A stretch of 64,000 bases of DNA from a candidate division FCPU426 bacterium (lineage in GTDB: Bacteria; Oederibacteriota; Muellerivitia; Muellerivitales; Muellerivitaceae), in the NCBI GenBank assembly GCA_963771075.1, contig CAVYSE010000028.1:224001-288000 (forward strand), read 5' to 3'. The notes beneath the pieces were generated by a model that worked only from the letters and a program-made list of their open reading frames with translations, ran no database searches and was not told where the DNA came from. Below, piece after piece: positions 28,496 to 38,900 of this stretch (position 1 is the first letter of the stretch; every line of letters begins with the position of its first letter). Both the position numbers and the translations under genes were made by a program.

Positions 28496-30169
28496 TTACC
28501 TATTTTTTGAGCCGCTTTTCGCCATTTCCCGGGCCTTCTTGGCCTCCCGAGCGGTCCAATCCTCATACTCGGCGTAGCTTCCCTTGAAGTCGTTATAGGT
28601 GCCATCCGGTTTCAGCTCCAGGATGCGGTTGGCCACCTTTCCGATCAAATCCTGGTCATGGGACGAGAAGATCACCGTCCCCGTGTATTCCTCCAGGGAT
28701 TTGCTCAGGGACTCGATGGATTCCAAATCCATATGGTTGGTGGGCTCGTCGAGAATGAGCACGCTCGCTCCCTCGATCATCAGCCGGGAAAGTACCATGC
28801 GCTGGCATTCGCCCCCGGAAAGCACCTTCACGCTCTTGTCCTGCTCCTCGCCGGAAAAAAGCATCCGGCCCAGCATCCCGCGCAGGACCTGGCCCTCTTC
28901 CAGGGGAGCGAACTGGCGAAGCCACTGAAGAGCGGTCATGTCGGTGGTCAGTTCTTCCTTCACGTCCTGGGGCATGCTGGAAAGCCTGACCGTGGAGCCC
29001 CATACCACTTGTCCCTCGTCCACCTTCACTCCCCATTGGGCCAAGTCCGACCCCTCGTTATGGAAGGCCCCGACGAGAGACTTGATAAGGGTGGTTTTGC
29101 CCACGCCGTTGGGCCCGATGATGGCCAACTTGTCTCCGTTGCCCACGATGAAGCTGAGCTTCTTCAGCACCTTGAGGTCGCCGTAACCCTTGCTGATGCT
29201 CTTGACGTTGAGGATGTCCTTGCCCGCGCCCTGTTTTTCCTTGAAGAAAAGCCGGGGATACTGCCGGGTAGTGGGGATGATCTGCTCAAGCTCGATTTTT
29301 TCCAAGAGCCGGGCCCGGCTGGTGGCCTGGGCGCTCTTGGAGGCGTTGGCGGAAAAGCGCGCCACGAAGGCCTTGAGCTCGGCGATCTGCTTTTCCTTGC
29401 GCGCGTTCTCGGTCATCTTGGTGTCCAGGTTCTGCTGGGAGGCGTGCACGAAAAAGTCGTAGTTGCCCGTGTACACCGTCACCTTTTCCCGGTCCACGTC
29501 GGCGATATGGCTGCAAATGTGGTTGAGGAAGTGGCGGTCGTGGGAGATGACGATGATGGTGCCCTCGTAGGCGTTGAGGTAGTCCTCCAGCCAGTCGATG
29601 GTTCGGATATCCAGGTTGTTGGTGGGCTCATCGAGGAGCAAGACGTCGGGCTTGGCGTAAAGCACCTGGGCCAAAAGTACGCGCACCTTCCAACCGCCGG
29701 TCAAAAGCTTCATCCGGGTCTCGTGCCGGGCCGTCTCGATGCCCAGGCCTTCCAGCAGCTCGCCCGCGGCGGCCGCGTAGGCATAGCCGTCCATGTCCCC
29801 GAACTGGGCCTCCAGCTCGGCGGCCCTCAAGCCCTCGTCGTGGGTCATCTCGGCCTTGGCGTAAAGCGCGTCCTTTTCCTGCTGGATCTTCCAAAGGTCT
29901 TCCCGGCCCATGAGGACCGTTTCGAGCACCGTGAACTCGTCGAAAGCGTATTGGTCTTGCTTGAGCATGGCCACCTTGACGCCCCGGTCGATGGCGATTT
30001 CACCCTCGTCGGGCTTGAGCTGCCCCGCGAGGATCTTCATGAAGGTGGATTTTCCCGCCCCGTTGGCCCCGATCAAGCCGTAGCAATAGCCCGGATTGAA
30101 TTTCACCGTGACCTTGTCGAAAAGGGTTTTCTTCCCGAAACGGAGGGTTACTTCTTTAGCCGAAATCAT
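28496..30169 (-). CDS. ABC-F family ATPase (YbiT-like)
   Basis: Two NBDs (GANGAGKST, LLDEPTN; GPNGVGKT, LSGGE, ILDEPTNH); no TM domains. Confidence 0.93.
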   Translation of the reverse strand: MISAKEVTLRFGKKTLFDKVTVKFNPGYCYGLIGANGAGKSTFMKILAGQLKPDEGEIAIDRGVKVAMLKQDQYAFDEFTVLETVLMGREDLWKIQQEKDALYAKAEMTHDEGLRAAELEAQFGDMDGYAYAAAAGELLEGLGIETARHETRMKLLTGGWKVRVLLAQVLYAKPDVLLLDEPTNNLDIRTIDWLEDYLNAYEGTIIVISHDRHFLNHICSHIADVDREKVTVYTGNYDFFVHASQQNLDTKMTENARKEKQIAELKAFVARFSANASKSAQATSRARLLEKIELEQIIPTTRQYPRLFFKEKQGAGKDILNVKSISKGYGDLKVLKKLSFIVGNGDKLAIIGPNGVGKTTLIKSLVGAFHNEGSDLAQWGVKVDEGQVVWGSTVRLSSMPQDVKEELTTDMTALQWLRQFAPLEEGQVLRGMLGRMLFSGEEQDKSVKVLSGGECQRMVLSRLMIEGASVLILDEPTNHMDLESIESLSKSLEEYTGTVIFSSHDQDLIGKVANRILELKPDGTYNDFKGSYAEYEDWTAREAKKAREMAKSGSKNR

Positions 30170-30347
30170 GGGTTATTCGCCTCTTTATAAACAGAACCAA
30201 CTTCCAACGAAAAGCCGCAATGAAAACCTTTCTAATTTAAAAGTTAAAACAAATAGTTTTTCTTGGCGGCTTAGCGTCTTTGCGTTGGCTTTGGGTTTTA
30301 AGCCCGCAATTGTCCGGGGTTTCAGCCGGTGAGTCAAGGGCAACGGA

Positions 30348-31016
30348 TTAGGGACGGCCGTGCGGATGGCCGGTGCGGAGGTCGTGCAAATGGTCCCGCC
30401 ACTGGGCCAAATCCGCCACATCCTCGGGTGGAAAGGAGAATTTATCCTTCCATTTCCCCTTGTCATAAACAATGACCTGCCCCTTCTTGACGATATCGGT
30501 GCGGCCCTTGGCGCTGGTCACGAACCCGCCCTGATGGGAATAGACCTCCACCTGATCGCCCTTCTTGACGAACTCCACCAAAGTGCCGTGGGCCTGGCAG
30601 AGAACGTCGCCCGCGTAAACCTCGAAAGGATAATTGGGCGTTTGGTCCATTTGGGCCACCAGTTTCCCGGAAAGCAGGGTCACCCGAAAGGTCAGGCCCC
30701 GGGTCTCGTCAAAGCGCAGCCGGCTGATGGAAAGGCGGGAATTCTCGGCCAATTGCAGGTATACCCGGTTTTTGAGCCTCAACACCACTTCCGACTTGGG
30801 GCCCGTGGTGATGCGGTCGCCGTCGTCCACGTGCTGGTCCATTCGAAGGCGTTTGGTCTCATCCGTCTCATCGCGGAAGGCGGTGACCTGCCCCACGCAA
30901 TCCAATACTCGAAGCCGCGGGTCCGAGTCGTCCGCGCGCAGGTTGGAAAAACCAACGAGGACCAGGATCAGGGAGAAACCCATCCAACCCTTCAGGTTTG
31001 AAAAAGTTCTTTTCAT
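30348..31016 (-). CDS. Secreted FecR-domain protein
   Basis: Signal peptide, GDRITTGPKSEVVL, LAENSRLSI, LLSGKL, AHGT.VE. Confidence 0.82.
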   Translation of the reverse strand: MKRTFSNLKGWMGFSLILVLVGFSNLRADDSDPRLRVLDCVGQVTAFRDETDETKRLRMDQHVDDGDRITTGPKSEVVLRLKNRVYLQLAENSRLSISRLRFDETRGLTFRVTLLSGKLVAQMDQTPNYPFEVYAGDVLCQAHGTLVEFVKKGDQVEVYSHQGGFVTSAKGRTDIVKKGQVIVYDKGKWKDKFSFPPEDVADLAQWRDHLHDLRTGHPHGRP

Positions 31017-31140
31017 GAGGGCGTATTATAAGAAATAGAAGCCTTATTTCTTCCCTAAATCAATCTGGCCGCGAACAGGGAGGATGCACCTGGATCGGCG
31101 TAAAACATTTTCCTTTTGGACAGATCACCTGAATCTCACC

Positions 31141-33075
31141 CTAGGACGGGGTCGAAAGGATTTTTTCCAGGCGGATCAACTCGCCCAGCGACCAGGCTTG
31201 GAAGGGACAGCCGCCGGAATGGAAGGGAGCCTCCCCGTCGAAAAGCTCGGGCACATGGGTCGAACCCGAAAGGTGCATGTGTTCCAACAGCGGCTCCATG
31301 AATTTTTTCCTCGCCTCGGTTTTTGCCTTGGGGTTTTCCCCGTGGCATTTGAGCCAGGCCTCCACGAAGGGCCCCAGGAGCCAGGGCCAGGCCGAACCTT
31401 GGTGGTAGGTTGCCTCGCGTTCCTGGGCCCCGCCCCGGTAATGGGGCTGGTAGCCCGGCTCCTCGGGCGCCAGGGTCCTCAAACCGTAGGGCACCGCCAA
31501 TCTCCGCTCGACTTTTTCCAAAACTTGCCGCGCCTGGTCGGCCGTAACCAGGGTCAGGGGCAGGCCTCCCACCGCGAAGAGTTGGTTGGGCCTGAACCGG
31601 CTGTCCACCGAATGGGGAAACCGGTCCGCGTCCACCACGTCGTATAGGTAGCCGCCTTCCTTGAACCAGAACCGGTCCCGGAAAGACTTCACGCCGCGCT
31701 CCAGAAGCTTCTTCAGTTCGGGGTCCGGATGCTTGCCAAGGGTGAGTGCGAAGGAAAGGGCGTTCAGCCAAAGGGCCTCCACCTCGACGGGCTTACCCAC
31801 CCGGGGCGTGACCGCGTTACCGTGCACCCGGGAATCCATCCAGGTGAGGGCGCTGTCCCCCTCCCCCGCCCAAAGCAATCCGTCCGAATCCAGGCCCAAC
31901 CCGATGCGGATGCCCTTGCGGTATCCTTCCAATATCTTCCAAACCGCCTCGGTCAATTCCTCTTCCCCGCCCTTGCCCCCGGACAAAAAGTATTCCCTCA
32001 CGGCCTGGACGAACCAAAGGGTGGAGTCCGCCGAGTTGTAATCGGGCTGTTCCCCCCGGTCGGGGAAATGGTTGGGCAGCATTCCCTGGTCGTCGATCAT
32101 CCGGGACCATTCGAGGAGGATTTCCCGGCTGTCGTCCAGCCGTCCCGTCGCGATCCCGAGTCCCCGAAGGGTGATGAAGGTGTCCCTGCCCCAATCCGTG
32201 AGCCAGGGGTATCCCGCCATCAGGGTTTTCCCCCTACCCCTTTTCACGAAGTAGGCGTCCGCGCTTCGGTGCAGGAGAGAGGGGAACGACTTGCGTCTTT
32301 TTTCCTCGGCGCGTCTTAACGTGTCGTAAAGTTCCTCGACATGAGGCTGGTCTTTTTCGGAGGCGGGATGGAAACCGTCGGCCGAGAAAATGAGCACCGC
32401 TCGGGTCTTCGTGATGGTCCATTGGAAGAGACCCGGGGAAGCCAAATCCTCGATATGGTCCTGACCCCTTTCCCTCTCCTTCTCGTAGAGGAACTGGTAA
32501 TACCAATCGGGTTTGTGGTGGTAATGCCCGTTGTGCAGGGCGGAAACGACCGGCGTCGTGGAGTAAGGTTGCCATTGCACCAGCTTATCGAACACCTGGG
32601 CCTCGAAACGGAAGTCGAGATTCTGGTGGTGCAGGGCGTGGTAATCGCAACCGGCCAGGAGGGGGCGAAGGGAAAGGCGTACCGAGCCCGATTCGGAAAG
32701 AAGCTTGAAGGAAAGCACGCTCATGGGATGGCCGTGCGGAACGAAAAATTCGTATTCCAATAAAAGACCGTTGGTAAGCCGGTAGACCCAGCGGGGCCAG
32801 GGATTGGACTCGAAGGAAACCAGGGCGTCGGTTTTTTCGGGAACCTGCACGTTGGGGAAATAGGTTTGGGGATTCAGGAAATTAAAGTCGTTGCCCGTTT
32901 CCACCCAGGCGTCGATACCCTTGACCAATGCCATGCGACCGGTGGGGGGCGTAAGGGCGTTCAAAAGCAGGGCGTGGTATCGACGGGTCCGCAAACCCAA
33001 GGCAGTGCCTGAGGCGAACCCTCCCAGGCCGTCCGTTTCCAGCCATTCCCATTCCCGGTACGAGGCGTCCATCAT
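31141..33075 (-). CDS. Glycogen debranching enzyme (amylo-alpha-1,6-glucosidase, GH133-like)
   Basis: EWLETDGLGGFASGT, TRRYHALL, AGYPWLTDWGRDTFI, LTWMD, RPNQ, YHQGSAWPWL, GCPFQAWS. Confidence 0.93.
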   Translation of the reverse strand: MMDASYREWEWLETDGLGGFASGTALGLRTRRYHALLLNALTPPTGRMALVKGIDAWVETGNDFNFLNPQTYFPNVQVPEKTDALVSFESNPWPRWVYRLTNGLLLEYEFFVPHGHPMSVLSFKLLSESGSVRLSLRPLLAGCDYHALHHQNLDFRFEAQVFDKLVQWQPYSTTPVVSALHNGHYHHKPDWYYQFLYEKERERGQDHIEDLASPGLFQWTITKTRAVLIFSADGFHPASEKDQPHVEELYDTLRRAEEKRRKSFPSLLHRSADAYFVKRGRGKTLMAGYPWLTDWGRDTFITLRGLGIATGRLDDSREILLEWSRMIDDQGMLPNHFPDRGEQPDYNSADSTLWFVQAVREYFLSGGKGGEEELTEAVWKILEGYRKGIRIGLGLDSDGLLWAGEGDSALTWMDSRVHGNAVTPRVGKPVEVEALWLNALSFALTLGKHPDPELKKLLERGVKSFRDRFWFKEGGYLYDVVDADRFPHSVDSRFRPNQLFAVGGLPLTLVTADQARQVLEKVERRLAVPYGLRTLAPEEPGYQPHYRGGAQEREATYHQGSAWPWLLGPFVEAWLKCHGENPKAKTEARKKFMEPLLEHMHLSGSTHVPELFDGEAPFHSGGCPFQAWSLGELIRLEKILSTPS

Positions 33076-33313
33076 GATCGATCCTTGGCGTTGATGCCGG
33101 TTTTAACCTGTTTCCCTTACTACTTTAACTCCAAATGGAGGTTAAGCCCAAATTTATTGGCATTACGGACAGGAAGTGTGCGGAATGGGAGTAACCCCAA
33201 GGTGACTTAAAAGGTTTTAAGCCAATGTTTTTTTGAAGCCAAGGTTCTTAATATAGTTTCGTCGGGAAATGCCGTTATTTAATTAACTGAAAACGCCCAT
33301 GGAGGAGATGAAC

Positions 33314-33556
33314 ATGCCTGAACCGAATATCGCCGCTAAACAGCCCGCGAAGGTGGAATTGGAAGCGGGAAAAACCTATGCCTGGTGTGCCTGTGGCCAT
33401 TCAAAGAATCAACCCTTTTGCGACGGATCCCACAAAACCGCTCCGGGTTTCGCCCCCCTGGTCTTCAAGGCCGAGGAGAAGAAAACCGCCTTCTTGTGCC
33501 AGTGCAAACACACGAAGAACCCGCCCTACTGCGACGGCACGCACAAGAGCCTTTAA
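33314..33556 (+). CDS. Two-domain CDGSH iron-sulfur protein (MiNT-like)
   Basis: WCACGHSKNQPFCDGSH and LCQCKHTKNPPYCDGTH. Confidence 0.93.
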   Translation: MPEPNIAAKQPAKVELEAGKTYAWCACGHSKNQPFCDGSHKTAPGFAPLVFKAEEKKTAFLCQCKHTKNPPYCDGTHKSL

Positions 33557-33578
33557 CAAGAACGAGTTGTTATCGTTA

Positions 33579-33881
33579 CTACTGATGCCTTTTTTTCCAA
33601 TATCCGGGTTTACGGGACAAGTGCATGACGGCAACAACGATGATTTTCTTTTCCTGGATTTTATAAATTAACCCGAATGAAAAAGGCCTGACGAGACAAC
33701 GATATGTTTTAGAAGGTACGCGCTGAAGAACTGCCTAGGCTTGAGGATTCAAGAGGACGCGGTGGAAGCCTTTCTCAATCGCGGATAAGAACTGGAACCC
33801 CAGCCGGGGAACTTGGGATTCGTAGTTGAGAAAGGATGATTCCATTTCTTCCAGCGCGTCGGGAAGTATTTCCAGGTTCAT
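33579..33881 (-). pseudogene. RelE/ParE-family toxin with an in-frame TAG at codon 49
   Basis: Manual translation MNLEILPDALEEMESSFLNYESQVPRLGFQFL..NPQA*AVL..RCLVRPFSFGLIY..IIVVAVMHLSRKPGYWKKRHQ; ATGA-coupled to the antitoxin; TAG at 33735-33737. Confidence 0.85.
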
Positions 33882-34213
33882 TTTTTGTGTTTTTTCCTGA
33901 TTTTCGCTAGCGCATCAAATGCTGGAACTGCCCTGGTTTTTCCCGCCAAATAATCCCCATAACACCGCTCCGCCTCGTCCACCCATGCCTTCAGCATTTC
34001 CGGGTTTTCGGCCGTGTAAACTGCTGAAGGTTCCGAGGCGAAGCCCGTGCGCGTGGATTCGGCGATCCGGTCCTCGAAATTATCCTCGTTCAAATCGGTC
34101 AAGAGCGCGACCGGCTTACCCTTGCTCGTGAGGACAATTCTCTTTTCCTTGCGGAGCTGTTCCAGCACCTTTCCATAGCGGGTGCGTATTTCACGGACCT
34201 GGAGAAATTTCAT
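33878..34213 (-). CDS. Antitoxin: Phd/YefM N-domain fused to an addiction-module-component C-domain
   Basis: MKFLQVREIR..IVLTSKGKPVALL (Phd-like) plus KAWVDEAERCYGDYLAGKTRAVP (addiction module component-like). Confidence 0.8.
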   Translation of the reverse strand: MKFLQVREIRTRYGKVLEQLRKEKRIVLTSKGKPVALLTDLNEDNFEDRIAESTRTGFASEPSAVYTAENPEMLKAWVDEAERCYGDYLAGKTRAVPAFDALAKIRKKHKK

Positions 34214-34726
34214 TGTTTATCCTTGTAACCATTTTGTAGCGTTATTGATTCCATTATGGTAACAAACCAAAAGAAGGGCATCAACGAAACGGGGAGAACC
34301 GAATTTCGCCACGCCGGGGGACTGGGGGATTCAAGGTGGTGACGCCGATCCATCTGTTTACGGCTGCACGGGCGTTCTTGAAACCACATGCGAGGTTGAA
34401 TTGTTGGAAAGGTCCTCTGGCTCCTCATGGGCGTACTGTTTTCTTTTTTCCAGGGCTTAATCCTGCCCAAGTTCCAATTTGTCCTCGATCCCGTCGGGGG
34501 TGGGGTGTAGGGTGAAGGATTGGCTCACGAATAATCCTTCTCTTTGAAAGTCAGGGTGGGAGTGGCCGTAGTTTCGGAGGCTGCCCAGGATGCGGGCAGG
34601 CAAAAAGCCGCGAAGAACCCTAAATAAATCCGATTCATTTCATACCCCTAACCCGGGTTTACCAAATTACTTTTTCCGGCTCGTTCCCGAGCGAAAATAG
34701 CTGCCCGGCCACCATTTACCCCTTAA

Positions 34727-34825
34727 GAGAACCTCTATTAATTCACCACCAAGGCACAAAGACACCAAGAAAACCTTATTTTATTGATGTCGACAAAACC
34801 AAAAAGTCAATTTTTAGAGGTGCCC
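34727..34825. mobile_element. Putative 99-bp MITE with TTAA target duplication
   Basis: TTAA|GAGAACCTCTATTAATT ... AATTTTTAGAGGTGCCC|TTAA; inverted ends match at 13 of 17 positions; the right TTAA contains the stop of the adjacent gene. Confidence 0.6.
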
Positions 34826-35866
34826 TTAAGAAGGATTTTGGACTCTGTTGATCATTTTCATGACTTCTTCAGAAGAGTTAACAGGGAAAATCTCGACGTT
34901 GGGATGTTCGTTCTTATAAACCCTAAAAATTTCATCTGAAAACGCGGGGCCGATGCTCTTAACCCCCTCAAAATCAAGCATGACCGTCTTGAAGTTCTCG
35001 ACCCGCGCCATGAGGCGTTTGGCTTGGGAACGGGACAATAGATCTTCCCCCTCATATTGGGCTAGCCTCACGGGGACGACCGTTTTATCGAACGAATAGT
35101 TACCATCGTTGCTTGAAAACTTATCAAACACCTCTTTAAGTGTATTTTTTGAATCCAATTTCATTTCCATGTAAACAACCGTTCCCTCTGCCTGTCTTTT
35201 TTGATGAAACAAGAAATCATTTTCTTTCTCGACCAAATGAGAAAAAAACAATTTGTGCGATTCAATGCCGAATAGATCGAACGCCCGAGAGGAAAAAAAG
35301 ATCCCTTCGCCGGTATGTTTTTGGGGATCGGTGGTCAGTTTCCCCTTTGAAAGCTCAAGGATGGATTGCCTTTCATCGGAAAGACGGTACGCTTCCTTGA
35401 TTTTCCGGAAGATGCCGATCCCGTCATCCTGGACCCAAATTAATAACGCTCTGGATGTCCTTCTAAATCCTGCTTCTAAAACTTTGCCCTCGGAATGGTC
35501 CAAAACGTTATTCACCATCTCCGTGAAACCGTATTCGAAGATATGGGTGATGTTATCCGGGACATCTTTAAAGAGACCTCTGAAGTCATCCAGCCATATT
35601 TTGGATTCATCCCTCGATACCCCTAAGTCATATTCCTTTACGAAATTCCGTGGGGTTCCAAGGGCATAAGACCGGTCTTTGGTGGTCCCTTGGGCCGTCA
35701 ACTGCCCCGATTGGACCATTTGGGTTAAGTATCTCGTGGCCGCTTGCCTGGAGATTTTGAATTTATCGACGATTATGGAAGTAATGCCGGTGGAGTTCTT
35801 TTCGATGCTCTCAAGAATGAACCTGCGGATTCTTTCACCCCTGAGGAGAATGTCGATTCTTTTCAT
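34826..35866 (-). CDS. wHTH + GHKL-like ATPase + STAS-like (DUF4325) protein
   Basis: ISRQAATRYL HTH; FTEMVNNVLDHS, DDGIGIF, HTGEGIFF; SRSQAKR..VMLDFEGVKSIGPAFSDEIF. Confidence 0.88.
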   Translation of the reverse strand: MKRIDILLRGERIRRFILESIEKNSTGITSIIVDKFKISRQAATRYLTQMVQSGQLTAQGTTKDRSYALGTPRNFVKEYDLGVSRDESKIWLDDFRGLFKDVPDNITHIFEYGFTEMVNNVLDHSEGKVLEAGFRRTSRALLIWVQDDGIGIFRKIKEAYRLSDERQSILELSKGKLTTDPQKHTGEGIFFSSRAFDLFGIESHKLFFSHLVEKENDFLFHQKRQAEGTVVYMEMKLDSKNTLKEVFDKFSSNDGNYSFDKTVVPVRLAQYEGEDLLSRSQAKRLMARVENFKTVMLDFEGVKSIGPAFSDEIFRVYKNEHPNVEIFPVNSSEEVMKMINRVQNPS

Positions 35867-35882
35867 GAATTCATCCGCTTGT

Positions 35883-35932
35883 TTGTAAACATACTTCGGA
35901 TGATTGTAAACTAATGGAATCTCATTGTAAAC
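35883..35932. promoter_or_regulatory. Three TTGTAAAC direct repeats at exact 21-bp period
   Basis: Copies start at 35883, 35904 and 35925, immediately upstream of the 35866 start codon. Confidence 0.7.
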
Positions 35933-35991
35933 ATTGGTGAATTGTGGCTTTTTAGCCCATATCCCGAATAAACCATGGCATTACCGCCAAG

Positions 35992-38900
35992 CTAATTCTT
36001 CTCTTCAAACCTCACCCATTCGGGCAGGCGATTGAAGATGGCCCTTACTCTTTTCTGTGTTTCTTCCACTCTCTCCAACATCTTTTCAGCGGCTTCCTTC
36101 TCCCTCCCCAGGCCCGCGCGCCAGGCCAGACGCTTCAAGCGATCCGGGTCCGTGGGCAGTTCGTCATCCCCCGTTTCCCGCACCATGCGGTGCCGGGCCT
36201 CCAAGAGCCTGTAAAACCGGTAGGCATCCAGCATTTCATCCAAAACATCGGACGGAACCATTCCCTCTTCCTTGAATAATCCCAAGGCGGTCGGAACATG
36301 GGGTATGCGCAGGATGTTCTTATCCTTTCCATGGGAAACCTGGAGAATCTGGACGAAAAATTCGATATCCACGATCCCGCCCGGGGAAACCTTGAGTTCC
36401 AACCCCTGGGCTTTCTTGGCTTTCTCTTCCATCTGCTGGCGGATATCCAGTATCTCGTCGAATTCAATCCGGGTCAGGCCCCGGCCATAGACAAACCCAT
36501 CGATGATTTCTTTTACTTCCGTGGCGGTCTGGCGGTCTCCCGCCAGGTAGACCGCCCTCGTGTAAGCCAACCGCTCCGCGCTTTGGGCGAAGGTTTGGAA
36601 ATACTGCCGGTAAGCCGCCACGGAATGAATCATCTGGGCCTCCCGGCCCATGGGACGAAGCCTCGCGTCCACCTTGTAGGCCCTCCCGTGGGCGGTGGGG
36701 GAAGCCATCACCTGGGTGAAGAGTTCTGAAAGTTTCAGGTAGGTCTCGAAACCGACCTCCTTGGCTTCCTGATCCCCATAAACGAAAAGCAGGTCCAGAT
36801 CCGAGCCATAGTTCATTTCCCTTCCGCCCAGCTTTCCCATACCCAAGAGGCAGAAACCCTTGGGAGCGCAGGGTTGGGTTTCCACACAGGGTATTCCCAG
36901 TTTTTGGGAAGCGATCCCCAACCCCGAGCGGGAAAGGGCCGTGGCCAACCGGGAAAGCTCGGCGAAACAATCCATGAGCTCGCGCCTTCCCATTAAATCC
37001 TGCAGGCCCACCCGCAAGACTTCACCATCCTTCACTTCCCTCAAGAGGTTAAGCCGGTCTTCCCAATCGTTCGTAACGGCGATTCGGTCTTCCAATACGT
37101 CGAGAAAATCCTGCACCGATTGGGGGGTTCGTTCCCCCAAGGCCCGGATCACGATGTCAAAATTGCCGGGGTGGGTGACCAGAATCTCGGAAAGGAACAA
37201 GCTGTTCGAGAAAAGTTCCAGCATCCATTTCAAGAGGGCCGGGTTTTCGTCCAGGTAGCGCAGGTAAACATCCGGCAGGGAGCTTGCCCGCAGGAAACTT
37301 TCCATCTGGTTCAAGGCGCGGTCCGCGTAGGGCGTCTTGGAAAGTGCTTTCAAGAGACCTGGCCCCGCCTGGGTCCAAAGATTTTCCCCCTTGGCGCCCG
37401 CCGATTTCCTCAGGCGGGCCACCAGGGCCATTAAGTTGGTAGCGGCTTGGGCGGGGTCGAGGAAGATGCCCCCCTGAAGTTCCCGCTCCAGGGCTTCCGG
37501 GTCGGCCCCTAAAGCCGCCTCGATCACCTTGGCCGTCGCGTCCCGGCGGACGCGAATCTTGAAAACTTCCTGGTACAGGCCATGGACCTGTTGTGTCACT
37601 TCACGGTATGCCGCCAGGAATGGCTTGGAGGCGGAAAAACCATTCTCCGGTTTGAAACCTAGCGACCGGGCCAACCGTTCCATATCCACCCCCTTGGAAG
37701 GCAAGGTGTGGGTTTGGAGGCCCTCGACCATTTGCAGGCGGTGCTCCAACTGCCGCAGGAAACAATAGGACTCTTCCAAGGCTTGGGCGTCCGTCTTCAG
37801 CAAATATCCGCCTTTCGCCAAGGCTTCCAGGCCTTCCAGGCTGTTGGCGCTCCGCACCTCGGGATGAAGGCCGCCGTGGAGAAGCTGGAGAAACTGGACG
37901 ATGAATTCGATCTCACGGATACCGCCCTTCCCCAGTTTTACATGCGTTTTTTCCCGTCCTTTGGATTCCATCTTCTTCTTGATGAGGCCCATGATTTCAC
38001 GGATCTCTTTTAGGTAAATCGCGTCGAGGTTTTTACGGAAGATCAGGGGTTCCACCCCCTTGAGGAATTTTTTGCCTAAATCCAAATATCCCGCCACCGG
38101 CCTGGCTTTCAGGAGCGCCTGCAGTTCCCAGGGCTGCCCCCGGTTTTCGTAATGCTCCAGGTAAGCGTCCAAGGCCTTCGCCATGTCCCCCAAACCCTCG
38201 GGCCGAAGACGCATATCCACCTTATAGAGGGCGCCCAAGGCGGCTTGGGCGGGGAGAGCGGCGATGACCCATTCGGCCAGTTCGTTGAAATATTGCCGGA
38301 CCTCGGTTTCCTGGTCCCCCGGGGCGGGTTCATAAACAAAAAGAAGGTCCACGTCCGAGTGGTAGTTCAATTCCCTTCCGCCCAGCTTGCCCATGCCTAA
38401 AACCACACATTGGCCCCGGGGCGGGAAAGGATAACGGGGGACCAACGCTTCTTTTCCCAGGTCCAAGACCTTTTGAAGGATCAGATCGGCGGTATCGGAA
38501 AGTTCCAGGGTCAGTTCCCTTACGTTCGACAGGCCCAAGATGTCCCTCGCCCCCAGGCGCAGCATTCGCCGCCTTTTCACCCGGCGAAGGGCTTCCAATT
38601 TCCCCTCCCCATCCAAAGCCGCTTCCATTTCCAACCGGAAGATCTCCTCCAACTTCCCCGGAACGAATTTGGAATAGAGGCCTTCCTCAACGAAAAGCCA
38701 ATAAAACAGATTCGGGTCATGGCAGAGAATGGAAGCCAGGTATGGACTAAAACCTAGTATTTGGGCGAGCCCGTGGCGGGCGGGGGGAGTATGCGAAAGG
38801 TATTCGTACAGCTGGGACCGGTGAAAGGCCTTCCCGGCGAAGTTGGAAAACTGGGAGAGCGCCAGGTCGGGATCGGGGGAATGGGCAATCTCATGAAGCA

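Noticed and set aside
28658..30190. 510-aa plus-strand ORF
   Set aside because: Antisense shadow of the ABC-F gene, typical of GC-biased codon usage.
30205..30290. Nonamer-like imperfect inverted repeat (similar traces near 45614-45640)
   Set aside because: Too degenerate to define an element; no associated gene.
33735..33737. In-frame TAG as evidence of stop-codon reassignment
   Set aside because: Many genes in the window end in TAG (e.g. 12444, 13999, 25030), so TAG is a normal stop.
34265..34640. Possible degraded secreted-protein gene on the minus strand
   Set aside because: Signal-like start but several stops and no recognisable family; too weak to call.
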